Source: Polyangiales bacterium (GTDB lineage: Bacteria > Myxococcota_A > Polyangia > Polyangiales > DASUME01). From it: 52,781 bases of DNA. The notes below the pieces were generated by a model. That model saw only the letters and a program-made list of their open reading frames with translations, made no database searches and was not told the origin of the DNA. Position 1 is the first letter of the stretch; the number at the start of each line of letters is the position of its first letter. Position numbers and translations under genes: made by a program. Below, piece after piece: positions 43,401 through 52,781 of the stretch. The DNA is taken from contig JBBSJC010000001.1 in the NCBI GenBank assembly GCA_038257655.1, forward strand, positions 1 through 52,781, written 5' to 3'.

Positions 43401-45491
43401 ATGCACGACCTCACCAAGCAACGGAACATCGGCATTTTCGCGCACGTGGATGCCGGTAAGACCACCACCACCGAGCGCATTCTCAAGCTCACCGGCAAGA
43501 TCCACAAGATCGGCGAGGTGCATGACGGTGCTGCGACCACCGACTTCATGGTGCAGGAGCAGGAGCGCGGCATCACGATTCAGTCGGCCGCCACGACCTG
43601 TTTCTGGAAGGGTCACCGCTTCAACATCATCGATACACCCGGACACGTCGATTTCACGATCGAGGTATATCGTTCGTTGAAGGTGCTCGATGGCGGCATC
43701 GGTGTGTTCTGCGGCTCAGGCGGCGTCGAGCCCCAGTCGGAGACCAACTGGCGCTACGCGAACGACTCGAAGGTCGCGCGCATCGTATACGTCAACAAGC
43801 TTGACCGCTTGGGCGCCGATTATTATCGCGTCGTCAAGCAGGTCCGCGAAATCCTGGGTGCCAAAGCGCTCGTGATGGTGTTGCCGATCGGCACCGAAGG
43901 TAATTTTTCGGGCATCGTCGATCTGCTTACGCGCCAGGCTTACGTTTGGGACGACTCGGGCAACCCCGAGAACTTCAAGATCGAAGCCGTGCCGGCGGAC
44001 ATGGTCGACCTGGTCGAGAAGTATCGCGCGGAGTTGATCGAGACCGCGGTCGAGCAGGACGACGAAGTACTCGAGAAGTACCTGGAAGGCGTCGAGCCCG
44101 ACGTCGACACGCTCAAGAAGTGCATTCGTAAGGGTACGATCGCGCTTGCCTTCTTCCCGACCTACGCAGGCTCCTCGTTCAAAAACAAGGGCGTGCAGAA
44201 CGTGCTCGACGCCGTTGTCGACTACCTGCCCAACCCGATGGAAGTGCAGCCCCAGCCCGAGGTCGACCTCGACGGCACGCCGACCGGCAACTTCGCCATC
44301 GTCGATCCCACGCTGCCGGTGCGCGCGCTCGCCTTCAAGATCATGGACGACCGCTTCGGCAGCCTTACCTTTACGCGCATCTACTCCGGCACGCTCAAGA
44401 AGGGCATGTCGCTGCTCAACACGTTCACGGGCAAGACCGAGCGCATCGGCCGCATGGTCGAGATGCACGCCAATGACCGCAACTTGATCGACGAAGCTCA
44501 GGCGGGCGACATCGTCGCGCTCGTCGGCCTCAAGAACGTGCAGACCGGTCATACGCTTTGCGACGAGGATCACCCGGCCACGCTCGAGCCCATGGTGTTC
44601 CCAGCGCCGGTAATCAACCTCGCCGTGTCTGCCAAGGACAAGGCCAACTCCGAAAAGATGAGCACCGCGCTCGGTAAGCTCGTGTCCGAAGATCCCTCGT
44701 TCCACGTCGAAGTGGATCAGGAGTCTGGCGAGACGATCTTGATGGGCATGGGCGAGCTGCATCTCGACATCAAGGTCGACATCCTGCGTCGTACCCACGG
44801 CGTCGAGGTCGATGTCGGCAAGCCTCAGGTCGCCTACCGTGAGACGATCACGCGCGGCATCGAAGATGCTTACACACATAAGAAGCAGACGGGTGGCTCG
44901 GGCCAGTTCGCCAAGATCGAATACACGATCGAGCCGGGCGAGCCGGGCACAGGCTTTGTGTTCGTGTCGGCCGTCGTCGGCGGCAACGTGCCGAAGGAAT
45001 ACATCCCCGCGGTCGAAAAGGGCTTCAAGCTGTCGGTGATCAAGGGCGTACTCGCTGGCTACCCGATGATCGACGTCAAAGTCACGCTCACGGACGGCGG
45101 CTTCCACGCCGTCGATTCGTCGGCGATCGCCTTCGAGGTCGCTTCCAAGGCGGCTTACCGGCAGACCGTGCCCAAGTGCGGCCCGCAGCTGCTCGAGCCG
45201 ATCATGAAGGTCGACGTCTACGTGCCCGAAGCCAACGTCGGCGACGTGATAGGCGACCTCAATCGTCGTCGCGGCATGATCAAGAGCCAGGAAGCCACGC
45301 CCACCGGCGTGCGCGTCAAGGCCGACTGTCCTTTGAGCGAAATGTTCGGCTACATCGGCGACCTTCGGTCGTCGACCTCTGGTCGCGGTCAGTACTCCAT
45401 GGAGTTCAGCCACTACGCACCGTGCTCACGTTCGGTCACCGAGACCGTGATCGCCGCCGCCAAGGCGCGCGAAGAAGCACGCCGCAAGTAA
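43401..45491 (+). CDS. fusA: elongation factor G, EF-G2-type paralog located outside the str operon
   Basis: The sequence contains [32 protein letters not shown] and NKLDR. Total length is 696 aa. [16 protein letters not shown] replaces the canonical ATMDWMEQE. Confidence 0.9.
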   Translation: MHDLTKQRNIGIFAHVDAGKTTTTERILKLTGKIHKIGEVHDGAATTDFMVQEQERGITIQSAATTCFWKGHRFNIIDTPGHVDFTIEVYRSLKVLDGGIGVFCGSGGVEPQSETNWRYANDSKVARIVYVNKLDRLGADYYRVVKQVREILGAKALVMVLPIGTEGNFSGIVDLLTRQAYVWDDSGNPENFKIEAVPADMVDLVEKYRAELIETAVEQDDEVLEKYLEGVEPDVDTLKKCIRKGTIALAFFPTYAGSSFKNKGVQNVLDAVVDYLPNPMEVQPQPEVDLDGTPTGNFAIVDPTLPVRALAFKIMDDRFGSLTFTRIYSGTLKKGMSLLNTFTGKTERIGRMVEMHANDRNLIDEAQAGDIVALVGLKNVQTGHTLCDEDHPATLEPMVFPAPVINLAVSAKDKANSEKMSTALGKLVSEDPSFHVEVDQESGETILMGMGELHLDIKVDILRRTHGVEVDVGKPQVAYRETITRGIEDAYTHKKQTGGSGQFAKIEYTIEPGEPGTGFVFVSAVVGGNVPKEYIPAVEKGFKLSVIKGVLAGYPMIDVKVTLTDGGFHAVDSSAIAFEVASKAAYRQTVPKCGPQLLEPIMKVDVYVPEANVGDVIGDLNRRRGMIKSQEATPTGVRVKADCPLSEMFGYIGDLRSSTSGRGQYSMEFSHYAPCSRSVTETVIAAAKAREEARRK

Positions 45492-45833
45492 GGCCCAAGA
45501 GTAAGCCCGTCAGGGTTGACGCTACTTCGTGGACAGGAAGGTCGCTCGCTGCAGCGCCGCTCGACTCTAGGGTCGGCCGGCGCTGTCGGCGTTAATGGGC
45601 CGTGATTGAGATCCGCCTGTAAGGTTTTGGCTGCCCGGGCGGCTCACAACCACGATTCGGGATCGCGACGCAGATCAGCGCACATGGTTTGCAGCGTGGC
45701 TAACTGGCCGAGCGCATGAGGTGTCTTTTGCGGCCTCGATGTTTGGCAGCTCCGCCAATCACGCTTGCTGGCTCCGGATGAGTCGTGTTTGGCTTGAATA
45801 AGGCTCGTGCGTTGGTGCGAGACCTCGAGGACG

Positions 45834-47180
45834 ATGGTCGAAGCTTCGGGCAATCTGCGGATACGAACGACGGTGTTGCTGTTCGCGCTGCTGATCGGAT
45901 GTGGACGTTTTGGCTTTCGCGAGCTTCCTCTTCCTGAGAAGAATGCGGCAGGCGGCGCTGGAGAGAAGGACGATTCCAGCCTTGGCCCTTCGCAAGATGC
46001 TGACGTGGGCGCGTCCTCTGACGCAGGCCTCGGCCCTTGGGACGACGGCGGCGCAGGCGCGCTGGATGACGCTGGAGCGAGTACCGCAGATTCGTCAACC
46101 TTACCAAGCGATGCCGGCAGCGACGCGGGCCCGCTTCCAGATCTGCCCATGGTTGCCGAACCTCTGGGAGCGGGTTTCTCCGAGAGCTGTGCCGTGCGCA
46201 ATGGAGAGCTGTGGTGTTGGGGTGAGGTGTCTGCCAACAGCGGCGCGGGAAGTTGTGATGCCCCCTTCGCACGCGCGCGCGTCGGAGCAGACAGTGACTG
46301 GCTAAGTGTTACGCAGACGGATAACCACGTATGCGGACTGCGCAGCGACGGACGGCTTTACTGTTGGGGAGGGAACAATGTCGGCCAACTGGGAGTGGGC
46401 GATATCGCTCCCCACGTCGATCCCGTGGCAGTCTTGCCTACGGATCGCTTTCGGCAAGTCTCTGCCGGCGTGTCTCATACCTGTGCCATTGGTAGCGATT
46501 ACACGTTGTGGTGTTGGGGATCGAACGCGCAAAAGGCTGTCAACTCGGGCACCCAAGCCTACGACGACCTGCCGGTAAACGTGAGCGAGGGACTAAGGTT
46601 CCTTAGTGTCAGTGCTGGCCGAGATACAACGTGCGCGATCGATCTCGATCAAGGTCTCTGGTGCTGGGGAGCCAATGCGTTCGGCCAAGCAGGTCAGGAG
46701 GCCGTAAATGTGGTGAGCCCGCGGGCGCTAGTGACAACGCAGCGTCGCTTCCGCGCTGTCGCAACTCATCAGCACACGTGCGCGATCGATACGGTAGGCG
46801 CACTATACTGTTGGGGAGATGGCCAGTCCGGCAAGCTCGGCGCAGGAAGCACCGCCTCGACGTTCGTGCCGACACGCGTGGGCGCCGCGTTGGGCTGGAC
46901 CGGCATCGACGTCGACTTTTCGTCAAGCTGCGGCATAGAAGCTGGGCGGGTGTTGTGCTGGGGCTCCAATAGCAGCGTGGGCAGTACGAGTGGAGGGTTT
47001 GAAAGCACTCCCGTGGCGTTAGCCACTGAGAGCGACTTCGAGCTCGTCTCGGTCGGCAATCACGCCTTGTGCGCACGGCGCGCTGGCAACGTGTACTGCC
47101 GGGGTCGCAACGACTTCTGCCAAGTCACGCCGGACGCACTCGCTGGCGCTTTCGTGCAGACTTTCACGGCGCTGTTCTAA
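45834..47180 (+). CDS. RCC1-repeat (beta-propeller) lipoprotein
   Basis: The lipobox is LLIGCG, followed by a Gly/Asp/Ala-rich linker. Repeats of the type HVCGLRSDGRLYCWGGNNVGQLG, HTCAIGSDYTLWCWGSN, TTCAIDLDQGLWCWGANAFGQAG and HTCAIDTVGALYCWGDGQSGKLG follow. Confidence 0.8.
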   Translation: MVEASGNLRIRTTVLLFALLIGCGRFGFRELPLPEKNAAGGAGEKDDSSLGPSQDADVGASSDAGLGPWDDGGAGALDDAGASTADSSTLPSDAGSDAGPLPDLPMVAEPLGAGFSESCAVRNGELWCWGEVSANSGAGSCDAPFARARVGADSDWLSVTQTDNHVCGLRSDGRLYCWGGNNVGQLGVGDIAPHVDPVAVLPTDRFRQVSAGVSHTCAIGSDYTLWCWGSNAQKAVNSGTQAYDDLPVNVSEGLRFLSVSAGRDTTCAIDLDQGLWCWGANAFGQAGQEAVNVVSPRALVTTQRRFRAVATHQHTCAIDTVGALYCWGDGQSGKLGAGSTASTFVPTRVGAALGWTGIDVDFSSSCGIEAGRVLCWGSNSSVGSTSGGFESTPVALATESDFELVSVGNHALCARRAGNVYCRGRNDFCQVTPDALAGAFVQTFTALF

Positions 47181-47270
47181 GCGCTCGTTGCCGCATGTCA
47201 TGGCGGCCCAAGCTTACCTTCTCACTCCACGTGGTTCTTATGCACCAATGGAAACCATAACACCGGGTGT

Positions 47271-47723
47271 TCAACCGCTGCGCTGCAGAGCGGCTTCCCA
47301 CCAGCGTGGTGGTACGAACGGTGCAGCGCGCCCGTGCTCGCCAAACATGCGCCGGAGCCATGCGTCCGCCTCAGTCATCTCGGCAAAGGTGACGATTTGC
47401 CACGGCGGCTGCTTGATCCAAAAAATCGCCGTCAAAGCGCCGCGGATCACGGGGCTGGTCATGACGACGGCGTGCCCGACAATCCGACGTTCTAAGACCG
47501 GAGACAACCTGACGAAGCAGTCTGCAACGCGCTTGCGCGAAAGCGCGTCCGCTGTAGAAAGCGCGCGCGCATCGGCGAGCAATGCCACGGGCGCATCGCT
47601 GCGTGACTCCCGCATGTAGTAGCGCTCGACCGCGCTGAAGTGCGCGTCTGCCTCGGCATAGGTAAAGTCACCGGGGATGACCTGAAGATGCATGGGGTCA
47701 TATTGAGTGTCGAACACGAACAT
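47271..47723 (-). CDS. hypothetical protein, paralog of the gene at 1896..2399
   Basis: See feature 1896..2399 for the shared VxxSxxxRGAxTAxxW...EA..L block. Confidence 0.55.
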   Translation of the reverse strand: MFVFDTQYDPMHLQVIPGDFTYAEADAHFSAVERYYMRESRSDAPVALLADARALSTADALSRKRVADCFVRLSPVLERRIVGHAVVMTSPVIRGALTAIFWIKQPPWQIVTFAEMTEADAWLRRMFGEHGRAAPFVPPRWWEAALQRSG

Positions 47724-48128
47724 CCAGCACAGGATTGTATCTGCTGCACCGCCGGTAGGTAGATGACTAAAACGCGGCTTTTAGGTAAGGGCGTGTGCCA
47801 GTAGCTCCGGACGTAGGACCTTGGCGCACCGGCCCCCTGCTGTAGATCTCGTTGCTCGACTTGGTTACCGTTGGTCGATGATCTCGATGGGTGCTGCCGG
47901 TCGAGGAGTCGACTCCCCTCTCATAGGGGCACAGGCGCTAGCAGCTTCCACCCAACGGCCTGCACCATCTCTGTGGTTGTGAGCGTGGTCGTGAGCGTGG
48001 TCGATCCGAGCAACCGAGAGCACTGTGCGCTCGCGAGCGCAAAACAGCGGATCGTGCGAATGGACTTCCCATACCGCCTCGACTACGTATGGTAAGGGCT
48101 TATCGTCGCCCGATCGGTTGCCGCTTGC

Positions 48129-48539
48129 TCAGTGACCGCAGTCGATAACGCGCGCGCTCGCTTCAGGGGCGCTGAAACCGAAGTCGATTTCGGGTGCCTT
48201 TGTGAAAGTGGGCAACTCGCCGTCTAAGGAGTCGTCGGGCTCGCGCAGGATCCATAGGTCTTGGGGACCGTCGCCGCCGACACGGTAAGGAATGCCGGTG
48301 CTGTCGTCGATGAAGTTAGCCACATCTACGGCATCGATGCTGTCGTCGAAGCGAATGCGCCAGGCGGAAAGAAGCTTACCGTCTGGCATGCGCTGCACCG
48401 AGAAGGTATCGTCGAGCACGTGACTTAGTACATCGGGGGCTCTCGCATCCATGCGGTGCAGGAAGGCATCGAAGAAGAACGGGCCGAGGTGATAGCTTCC
48501 GACCGGGACAGCTCCCGAGGATGGATGGCTCTGAGCCAC
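48129..48539 (-). CDS. hypothetical protein (last gene of the TonB-dependent receptor operon)
   Basis: The 136-aa ORF has a GTG start 6 nt after the upstream stop. I recognised no signal peptide and no motif. Confidence 0.45.
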   Translation of the reverse strand: MAQSHPSSGAVPVGSYHLGPFFFDAFLHRMDARAPDVLSHVLDDTFSVQRMPDGKLLSAWRIRFDDSIDAVDVANFIDDSTGIPYRVGGDGPQDLWILREPDDSLDGELPTFTKAPEIDFGFSAPEASARVIDCGH

Positions 48540-48545
48540 TAGGAC

Positions 48546-49274
48546 TTACTCCCACAGCAAGGCAGGAGGAGTGTTCACCGTCATCCCTTGCAAGATCGCC
48601 TCGTAGGGTTGACTGCCTCGTACAAGCTTGATCTCCCCCTCTTCATCCTCGAGTTCTAGGAGTCTCTCGAGCTTGACGTTCGCCAACCAGGCGTTGGGAT
48701 CAAAGACGACAAGTAACGTCCGAGTATCTTGACCAATGTCGCGGCGCGTCTTGAGCCCGTTTACCGCGGCGTCTCCCGCCGAGAGCGGAGTGATGTCGAT
48801 ATCCGCATGAAAGTTTAGTACCTCTCCACCGTCGATTTCGATCGTGCCCTCCAGGCGCGCAGAGTGTCCATTGCCACCGTCGGTGGCTCGGGGCGTCTGC
48901 CTGGTGAGCCCCCAGCTGATACCGTAGTCAAAGAAGCCAGAGCGAACACTGCCCGACGTTGCTTCAAGCGCCCCCAAGGGCTGCTTGCGGGTCGACAGCC
49001 CGTCAACCAGCGCCGTGGTCAGAAGCTCGGCCAACCCCGTGCTACACAGCTCGCTTTCCGCACTTTCAGTAGCGCATAGATACAACGGACCAAAAGCAAT
49101 CACTGCTTTGGTGAGTCGGACGCGGGCACCTTCGATCTCGACGGCGCGAGCTTTGGTTCCTACAGCGAAAGCCGGTATCTCCAGGTGCGCGCGGCCGGTA
49201 TCGCCACAACACAGCAACGCCGTGGCCGAGAAGACACACAAAAGTGTGTGAGCTGGAAGTGTCCTGAGTGTCAT
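48546..49274 (-). CDS. hypothetical exported protein, translationally coupled to the receptor
   Basis: An ATGA overlap links it to the receptor stop. The hydrophobic N-terminus is MTLRTLPAHTLLCVFSATALLCCG. Confidence 0.5.
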   Translation of the reverse strand: MTLRTLPAHTLLCVFSATALLCCGDTGRAHLEIPAFAVGTKARAVEIEGARVRLTKAVIAFGPLYLCATESAESELCSTGLAELLTTALVDGLSTRKQPLGALEATSGSVRSGFFDYGISWGLTRQTPRATDGGNGHSARLEGTIEIDGGEVLNFHADIDITPLSAGDAAVNGLKTRRDIGQDTRTLLVVFDPNAWLANVKLERLLELEDEEGEIKLVRGSQPYEAILQGMTVNTPPALLWE

Positions 49275-51916
49275 AGCGCGACTCCGAGCGTTGCAAAGAA
49301 AGAGCGCGGTGCGCCAGCCATGATATGGCGAGCCGGGAGCCGTGAGGAGACGCCATCAGGGTTCCAGTTGGATGGGTAGCTCAGCTCCAATGCGGCATAC
49401 TGGGCATCCAGCATATTGAAGCAAGACAAGGCGCCCGTGAACATGCGATAGGTAAAGGCCACCTCGGCATCCACGAGCGAGACCGGAGCGGCACGCTCGG
49501 CGAATGGAAGAGGCCGCGAAGACCAATAGGAGTACCCCGCCCCCATGCGCCCTGTGACACCGTACCCTGTAACATCGAATAGACGCCTCTCCGCGCTCAG
49601 GTCTGCGCGAATCACCACAGGAGGCACATAAGGTAAGAGCTGTCCCTTCTTGAATGGTGGATTGGGATCTTCTGCCGTTGAAAACGCCGGCTTGTCGAGC
49701 GTTGCTTTGACATAGGTTAGGCTCAGGGCGCCAAGCAGCCAGGGCCATGGATGTGTCACTCCGTAAAGTACGAATCCATTGCGTCGGGTAGGCCCGACAG
49801 GATGCGGGCGTCCTTCACGCGGATCAAAGGCGATGTCATTGTCTAGGCGGGTCGCATATACGCTTGCGCGCAGCTCGAGCTCGTCATGCACTCCAAGCGT
49901 GTGCCTAAGGCCAACATCCGCCGAGCGCACCTTGGTGAAGGGCGCCGGCTCTCCGTCATCCAGCAGCAAAGCCATCGGCGAACGGTAGCCTTCTCCATAG
50001 GCTGCGATCGCGGACAGTTGACGCAAAATCTCGACTTCGAGAACCACACGCGGACCGGCCGCGATCCCAGCTGCGCTGCGCCTGTAGCCAGGGATATAAT
50101 CCTCCTTGCGGAACGCGGGGATCAGGTTCTGCAAACGATCGTCAATCTGGTAGTTGAGAAGATCGGCCCGCACTCCGCCCCTTAAGTGAACACGCTCGAC
50201 GAGTGCGATATCCAGATCTAAGTATCCTCCAACGTCGACGCCGGTGATGGACGCATCGACTCGTTGGTCCCAGGTCGTATTCTGAGGCGCCTGGATAATG
50301 TTCTGGTCTTGCTCGATGCGATCTAGTCGACCCGACACCCCCGTTTCGAGAAAGACGCGGGACCACGAGAAGGGTCTGATTTCCTCGGTGCGATAGCGAC
50401 TCTTGAAGCCTATCGTACGTGACTCGTGCAGCTGCTCGATCAAGTCCCCGCGACCGGTCCACATTGGATTTCGGCGAGAGGTCTCAGTAAAGCCAGTGTA
50501 GTTGGCTTGCAGGCGAAAGGAGTTGAGCAAAACGTAAGCGAGCAACTCCGCATTTTCGCCGCCCTTGCCGTGATAGCGCGCGTTCACACTGAGCTGGGCA
50601 CGCTGAGTGGATGCGTTCTGATTTTCCGCGGTGGCGAGCGGATAGACGTCGTGAAATCTTACGCGTCCTGCCGCGATGTCATCGCGCCGCAACACGTTGG
50701 CAGTCAGCGCGCGGGCGGCGTGCACCGACGCATGAAGCGTAAGATGCAACGGCCCTGAATCCCATCCCATCTGGGCCACCGCAGCGCCCGAAGTGGACGC
50801 GCGATTCTGACCAAATCCATCCGTCTTTTTGAACACGACGGCACCGAACGTATCTGTGCTGTACCCCTTTGGCGCGAACAGCGCGAGCTCGCGAAAAGTA
50901 TGAAATGACCCGTATCCGGACGAGAGCTGTATGCCGCGCTTTTCCACGCCAAGCTCGAAATCGACCGTGCCGGCGACCGCGAAATCGCCCTGTCTCGGAT
51001 CATAGACACCCTCGGTGACACGCAGGCTGCGAACAGTCTCCGGAATGATAAATCCAAGGTCCGCATAACCTTGACCATGAATGTGCGACGGCTGATTGAC
51101 GGGTACACCGTCGACGTTGAGCTCGATGTCCTGGCCGTGGTCTGCGTCGAAACCGCGCAGCATTAAACGCTGGGCGACGGCGTCGCCCTCAATGCGCGCA
51201 ACCACCATGCCAGGGGCCCGTTTCAAGAGGTCACCGCCATCCTGGCTTGGCGCAGCACGCAGCAACTCGCCCGCGATGCGTACGTCATTGACGCCGCGCT
51301 GCTCGCTGCGGGTCACCCCTCTCACCTGCGCCTTGGCACCCAGCCGAGGTTCGACGCCGGCCGGGGGCGCCGCTGCGCGCGGTCCAACAGGGGGGTCGAC
51401 ATGCGCGTGAGGCACAGGTTCTTGCGAGCTCGTCACGGCGGTCACCTCGTGCACGCCAAGCTCAGGTAGCTCGAAGTGCACCGCGACGCCGACGCGACTG
51501 GCAATTGCGGTCTCTGCTCTGCGGGCTGGCACGAAGGTCCACAGCTTCAGCGCCCTTGTAGCGGCGTCATCGAATTCAGGACCGGCCGAGTGCTCGATGA
51601 CGATGTCTCCCAAGGTACCATCGGCAAACACTGTGATCTTGAGCACCACCGTCGGGTGCTCTCCGCTTGCCAGCTTAGACGGCGGAAAGACAGGCGGCAC
51701 GCTCGTGAGTACTTGAGGCGGAACCGTTGCGATGTCACCCGCGCTGCCCGCAGGCTCTGTAGGCGCGGGTGCACCGGCGTCGGCATCAGGGGGGGGTGGC
51801 GACTCCTCTGCGGAGGGCGGTGCGGGCTCCTGTGCCCAAGCCACCGAAGAAATGCAGGGAGCCAAGGCCAGGGCGAGAATACCCACGGAACGTACGAATC
51901 TGAAGTTTGCTGGCAC
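49271..51916 (-). CDS. TonB-dependent outer-membrane receptor with an N-terminal TonB-C-terminal-like domain
   Basis: A signal peptide and a Pro-rich linker are followed by PTVVLKITVFADGTLGDIVIEHSAGPEFDDAATRALKLWTFVPARR, which is a TonB_C-type fold pattern. A plug (GDLLKRAPGMVV...LRGFD...VDGVPVN) and a roughly 600-aa barrel follow. The start is a GTG. Confidence 0.8.
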   Translation of the reverse strand: MPANFRFVRSVGILALALAPCISSVAWAQEPAPPSAEESPPPPDADAGAPAPTEPAGSAGDIATVPPQVLTSVPPVFPPSKLASGEHPTVVLKITVFADGTLGDIVIEHSAGPEFDDAATRALKLWTFVPARRAETAIASRVGVAVHFELPELGVHEVTAVTSSQEPVPHAHVDPPVGPRAAAPPAGVEPRLGAKAQVRGVTRSEQRGVNDVRIAGELLRAAPSQDGGDLLKRAPGMVVARIEGDAVAQRLMLRGFDADHGQDIELNVDGVPVNQPSHIHGQGYADLGFIIPETVRSLRVTEGVYDPRQGDFAVAGTVDFELGVEKRGIQLSSGYGSFHTFRELALFAPKGYSTDTFGAVVFKKTDGFGQNRASTSGAAVAQMGWDSGPLHLTLHASVHAARALTANVLRRDDIAAGRVRFHDVYPLATAENQNASTQRAQLSVNARYHGKGGENAELLAYVLLNSFRLQANYTGFTETSRRNPMWTGRGDLIEQLHESRTIGFKSRYRTEEIRPFSWSRVFLETGVSGRLDRIEQDQNIIQAPQNTTWDQRVDASITGVDVGGYLDLDIALVERVHLRGGVRADLLNYQIDDRLQNLIPAFRKEDYIPGYRRSAAGIAAGPRVVLEVEILRQLSAIAAYGEGYRSPMALLLDDGEPAPFTKVRSADVGLRHTLGVHDELELRASVYATRLDNDIAFDPREGRPHPVGPTRRNGFVLYGVTHPWPWLLGALSLTYVKATLDKPAFSTAEDPNPPFKKGQLLPYVPPVVIRADLSAERRLFDVTGYGVTGRMGAGYSYWSSRPLPFAERAAPVSLVDAEVAFTYRMFTGALSCFNMLDAQYAALELSYPSNWNPDGVSSRLPARHIMAGAPRSFFATLGVAL

Positions 51917-52012
51917 GTGTTCCCACCCATCACAACAGGCGAACTGCTACACACAACGGAGTTACTACAACAGTTGCAAAAGCAATCGAAGCGCTGCAAG
52001 CTCTACAACATT

Positions 52013-52447
52013 ATGGCAATCAAACAACAGCAGAAGTTTCGCGACGAGATTCGAGAAGCGGGCTTGCGTGTGACGGGGCCGCGCATTTCCGTGCTGACGA
52101 TCTTGGCTGAGGCGAACACGCCGTTGAGCCACGCACAGGTGGCCGACATGCTGGAGGAGTCCGCAGTCGATCGCGCTACCGTTTTTCGCAATCTTCAGGA
52201 CTTGGCCGAAGTCGGGATGCTGAAACGCACGGATCTCGGCGATCACGTGTGGCGCTACGAGTTGGCTTCAGGACATGGTGCTCACCCGGGAGATCGTCAT
52301 CCGCACTTTGTCTGTAGCAACTGCGCTGCCGTGAGCTGCATTGCGGGCGCGACAGTGACCGTCAAGGCTCCTCGGACGGCCCCTGCCACGCTACGCAAAG
52401 GAGCTTTTGAGGTGCACCTGCGGGGCGTTTGCGACGCTTGTGCCTGA
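52013..52447 (+). CDS. Fur-family metalloregulator
   Basis: The 144-aa protein begins at the ATG at 52013. It contains LRVTGPRISVLTILAEANTPLSHAQVADML (wHTH), HPHFVCSNC and GVCDAC (CxxC pairs). The upstream part of the 323-aa ORF is antisense to the receptor gene. Confidence 0.75.
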   Translation: MAIKQQQKFRDEIREAGLRVTGPRISVLTILAEANTPLSHAQVADMLEESAVDRATVFRNLQDLAEVGMLKRTDLGDHVWRYELASGHGAHPGDRHPHFVCSNCAAVSCIAGATVTVKAPRTAPATLRKGAFEVHLRGVCDACA

Positions 52448-52622
52448 GCTGAGCAGCCTCCCCTTGCGCGAGCTGCACTGCGTAATCTGCGCTGGCTAAG
52501 CGTACCCACTTGCCTGTGCGCATCGACCTGAAATTCGCCCGCTCCGATGGACAACACCGCGGTTGCAGCGGACCGCTCTTGCAAGTAAGTTGCATCTACT
52601 CAACCATGCCTGGAGACGTTGC

Positions 52623-52781
52623 GTGACACGAAGACCCGGAAGCCAGGTGCTCGCCATGGCTCTGTGGGCTGGGCTGGCCGCGCTGGCCGGGCCAACGGCA
52701 GCGCGAGCCGAGCCGCCCAACACTGCGATGCAAGTGGTGCAGCTTCGGCGTGAGGTAGACAACCTGGCGCAGCAGCTCGAA
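52623..52781 (+). CDS. exported protein, N-terminal fragment only because the gene runs off the window
   Basis: The GTG at 52623 gives (M)TRRPGSQVLAMALWAGLAALAGPTAARAEPPNTAMQVVQLRREVDNLAQQLE, a signal peptide followed by the start of a coiled-coil-like segment. This gene is not in the ORF track. Confidence 0.35.
   Translation, partial: MTRRPGSQVLAMALWAGLAALAGPTAARAEPPNTAMQVVQLRREVDNLAQQLE

Noticed and set aside
43716-45413. A 565-aa ORF on the minus strand.
   Set aside because: It lies entirely antisense to the unmistakable EF-G gene. Its Arg/Ala/Asp/His-rich, low-complexity translation is typical of a high-GC shadow frame.
45492-45600. The inverted repeat CAGCGCCG...CGGCGCTG after fusA, considered as a terminator.
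   Set aside because: The loop is 18 nt and no U-tract follows, so support is insufficient.
51476-52012. The N-terminal 179 codons of the 323-aa plus-strand ORF that ends as the Fur-family gene.
   Set aside because: This part is antisense to the TonB-dependent receptor and is Arg/Cys-rich. The regulator sequence starts cleanly at the ATG at 52013.
51917-52622. TTGCAA/TGCAAG hexamers near the Fur-family gene (about 51974, 51994 and 52587), considered as a shared operator motif.
   Set aside because: A 6-bp palindrome of this composition is expected a few times by chance in 52 kb. Neither site matches the classical Fur box better than about 9 of 14 positions.
1-52781. A search for rRNA, tRNA, tmRNA, RNase P, SRP RNA and CRISPR arrays.
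   Set aside because: I recognised no conserved landmarks of these RNAs and no regular repeat-spacer array on either strand. This is a by-eye assessment and does not replace Infernal or tRNAscan.

Overview
This is a high-GC bacterial chromosomal segment (roughly two-thirds G+C by eye). The gene content looks like Myxococcota: a sigma-54 enhancer-binding protein, a eukaryotic-like Ser/Thr kinase fused to a cNMP-binding domain, an RCC1-repeat lipoprotein, a TIGR02265/DUF2378-like protein and Pro-rich/TPR proteins. That taxonomic placement is inference only. I can support about 45 protein-coding genes, several gene remnants and several short repeat arrays. I saw no rRNA, tRNA or CRISPR array.

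Landmarks from left to right:
- A carotenoid-oxygenase and cardiolipin-synthase pair.
- A nitrate/nitrite assimilation locus. A Nas-type molybdoenzyme is coupled to a fused FeS/DmsC-like membrane protein, divergent from nirB-nirD and a NifA-like sigma-54 activator.
- A Ser/Thr kinase.
- An Asp-rich lipoprotein, a DUF2834 protein and a membrane spermidine-synthase-like protein.
- A roughly 5-kb islet bracketed by decayed IS91-type transposase fragments. It holds a zincin metalloprotease, a ParE/antitoxin pair, a short DUF255 thioredoxin-like gene and a VOC-gene fragment.
- An ECF sigma, ZAS anti-sigma, thioredoxin and FAD-oxidoreductase module.
- A block of uncharacterised secreted or membrane proteins.
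- Pirin and PlsC.
- A large pseudo-receiver/Pro-rich/TPR protein.
- A translationally coupled SDR, DUF1214 and sulfotransferase operon, possibly extended by a methyltransferase.
- Patatin, an orphan EF-G paralog and an RCC1-repeat lipoprotein.
- A TonB-dependent receptor carrying an N-terminal TonB-C-like domain, with two coupled unknown genes and a divergent Fur-family regulator.

All product calls come from reading motifs in the ORF translations by eye. No database search was possible. Many long antisense ORFs in the track are high-GC shadow frames, and I rejected them.
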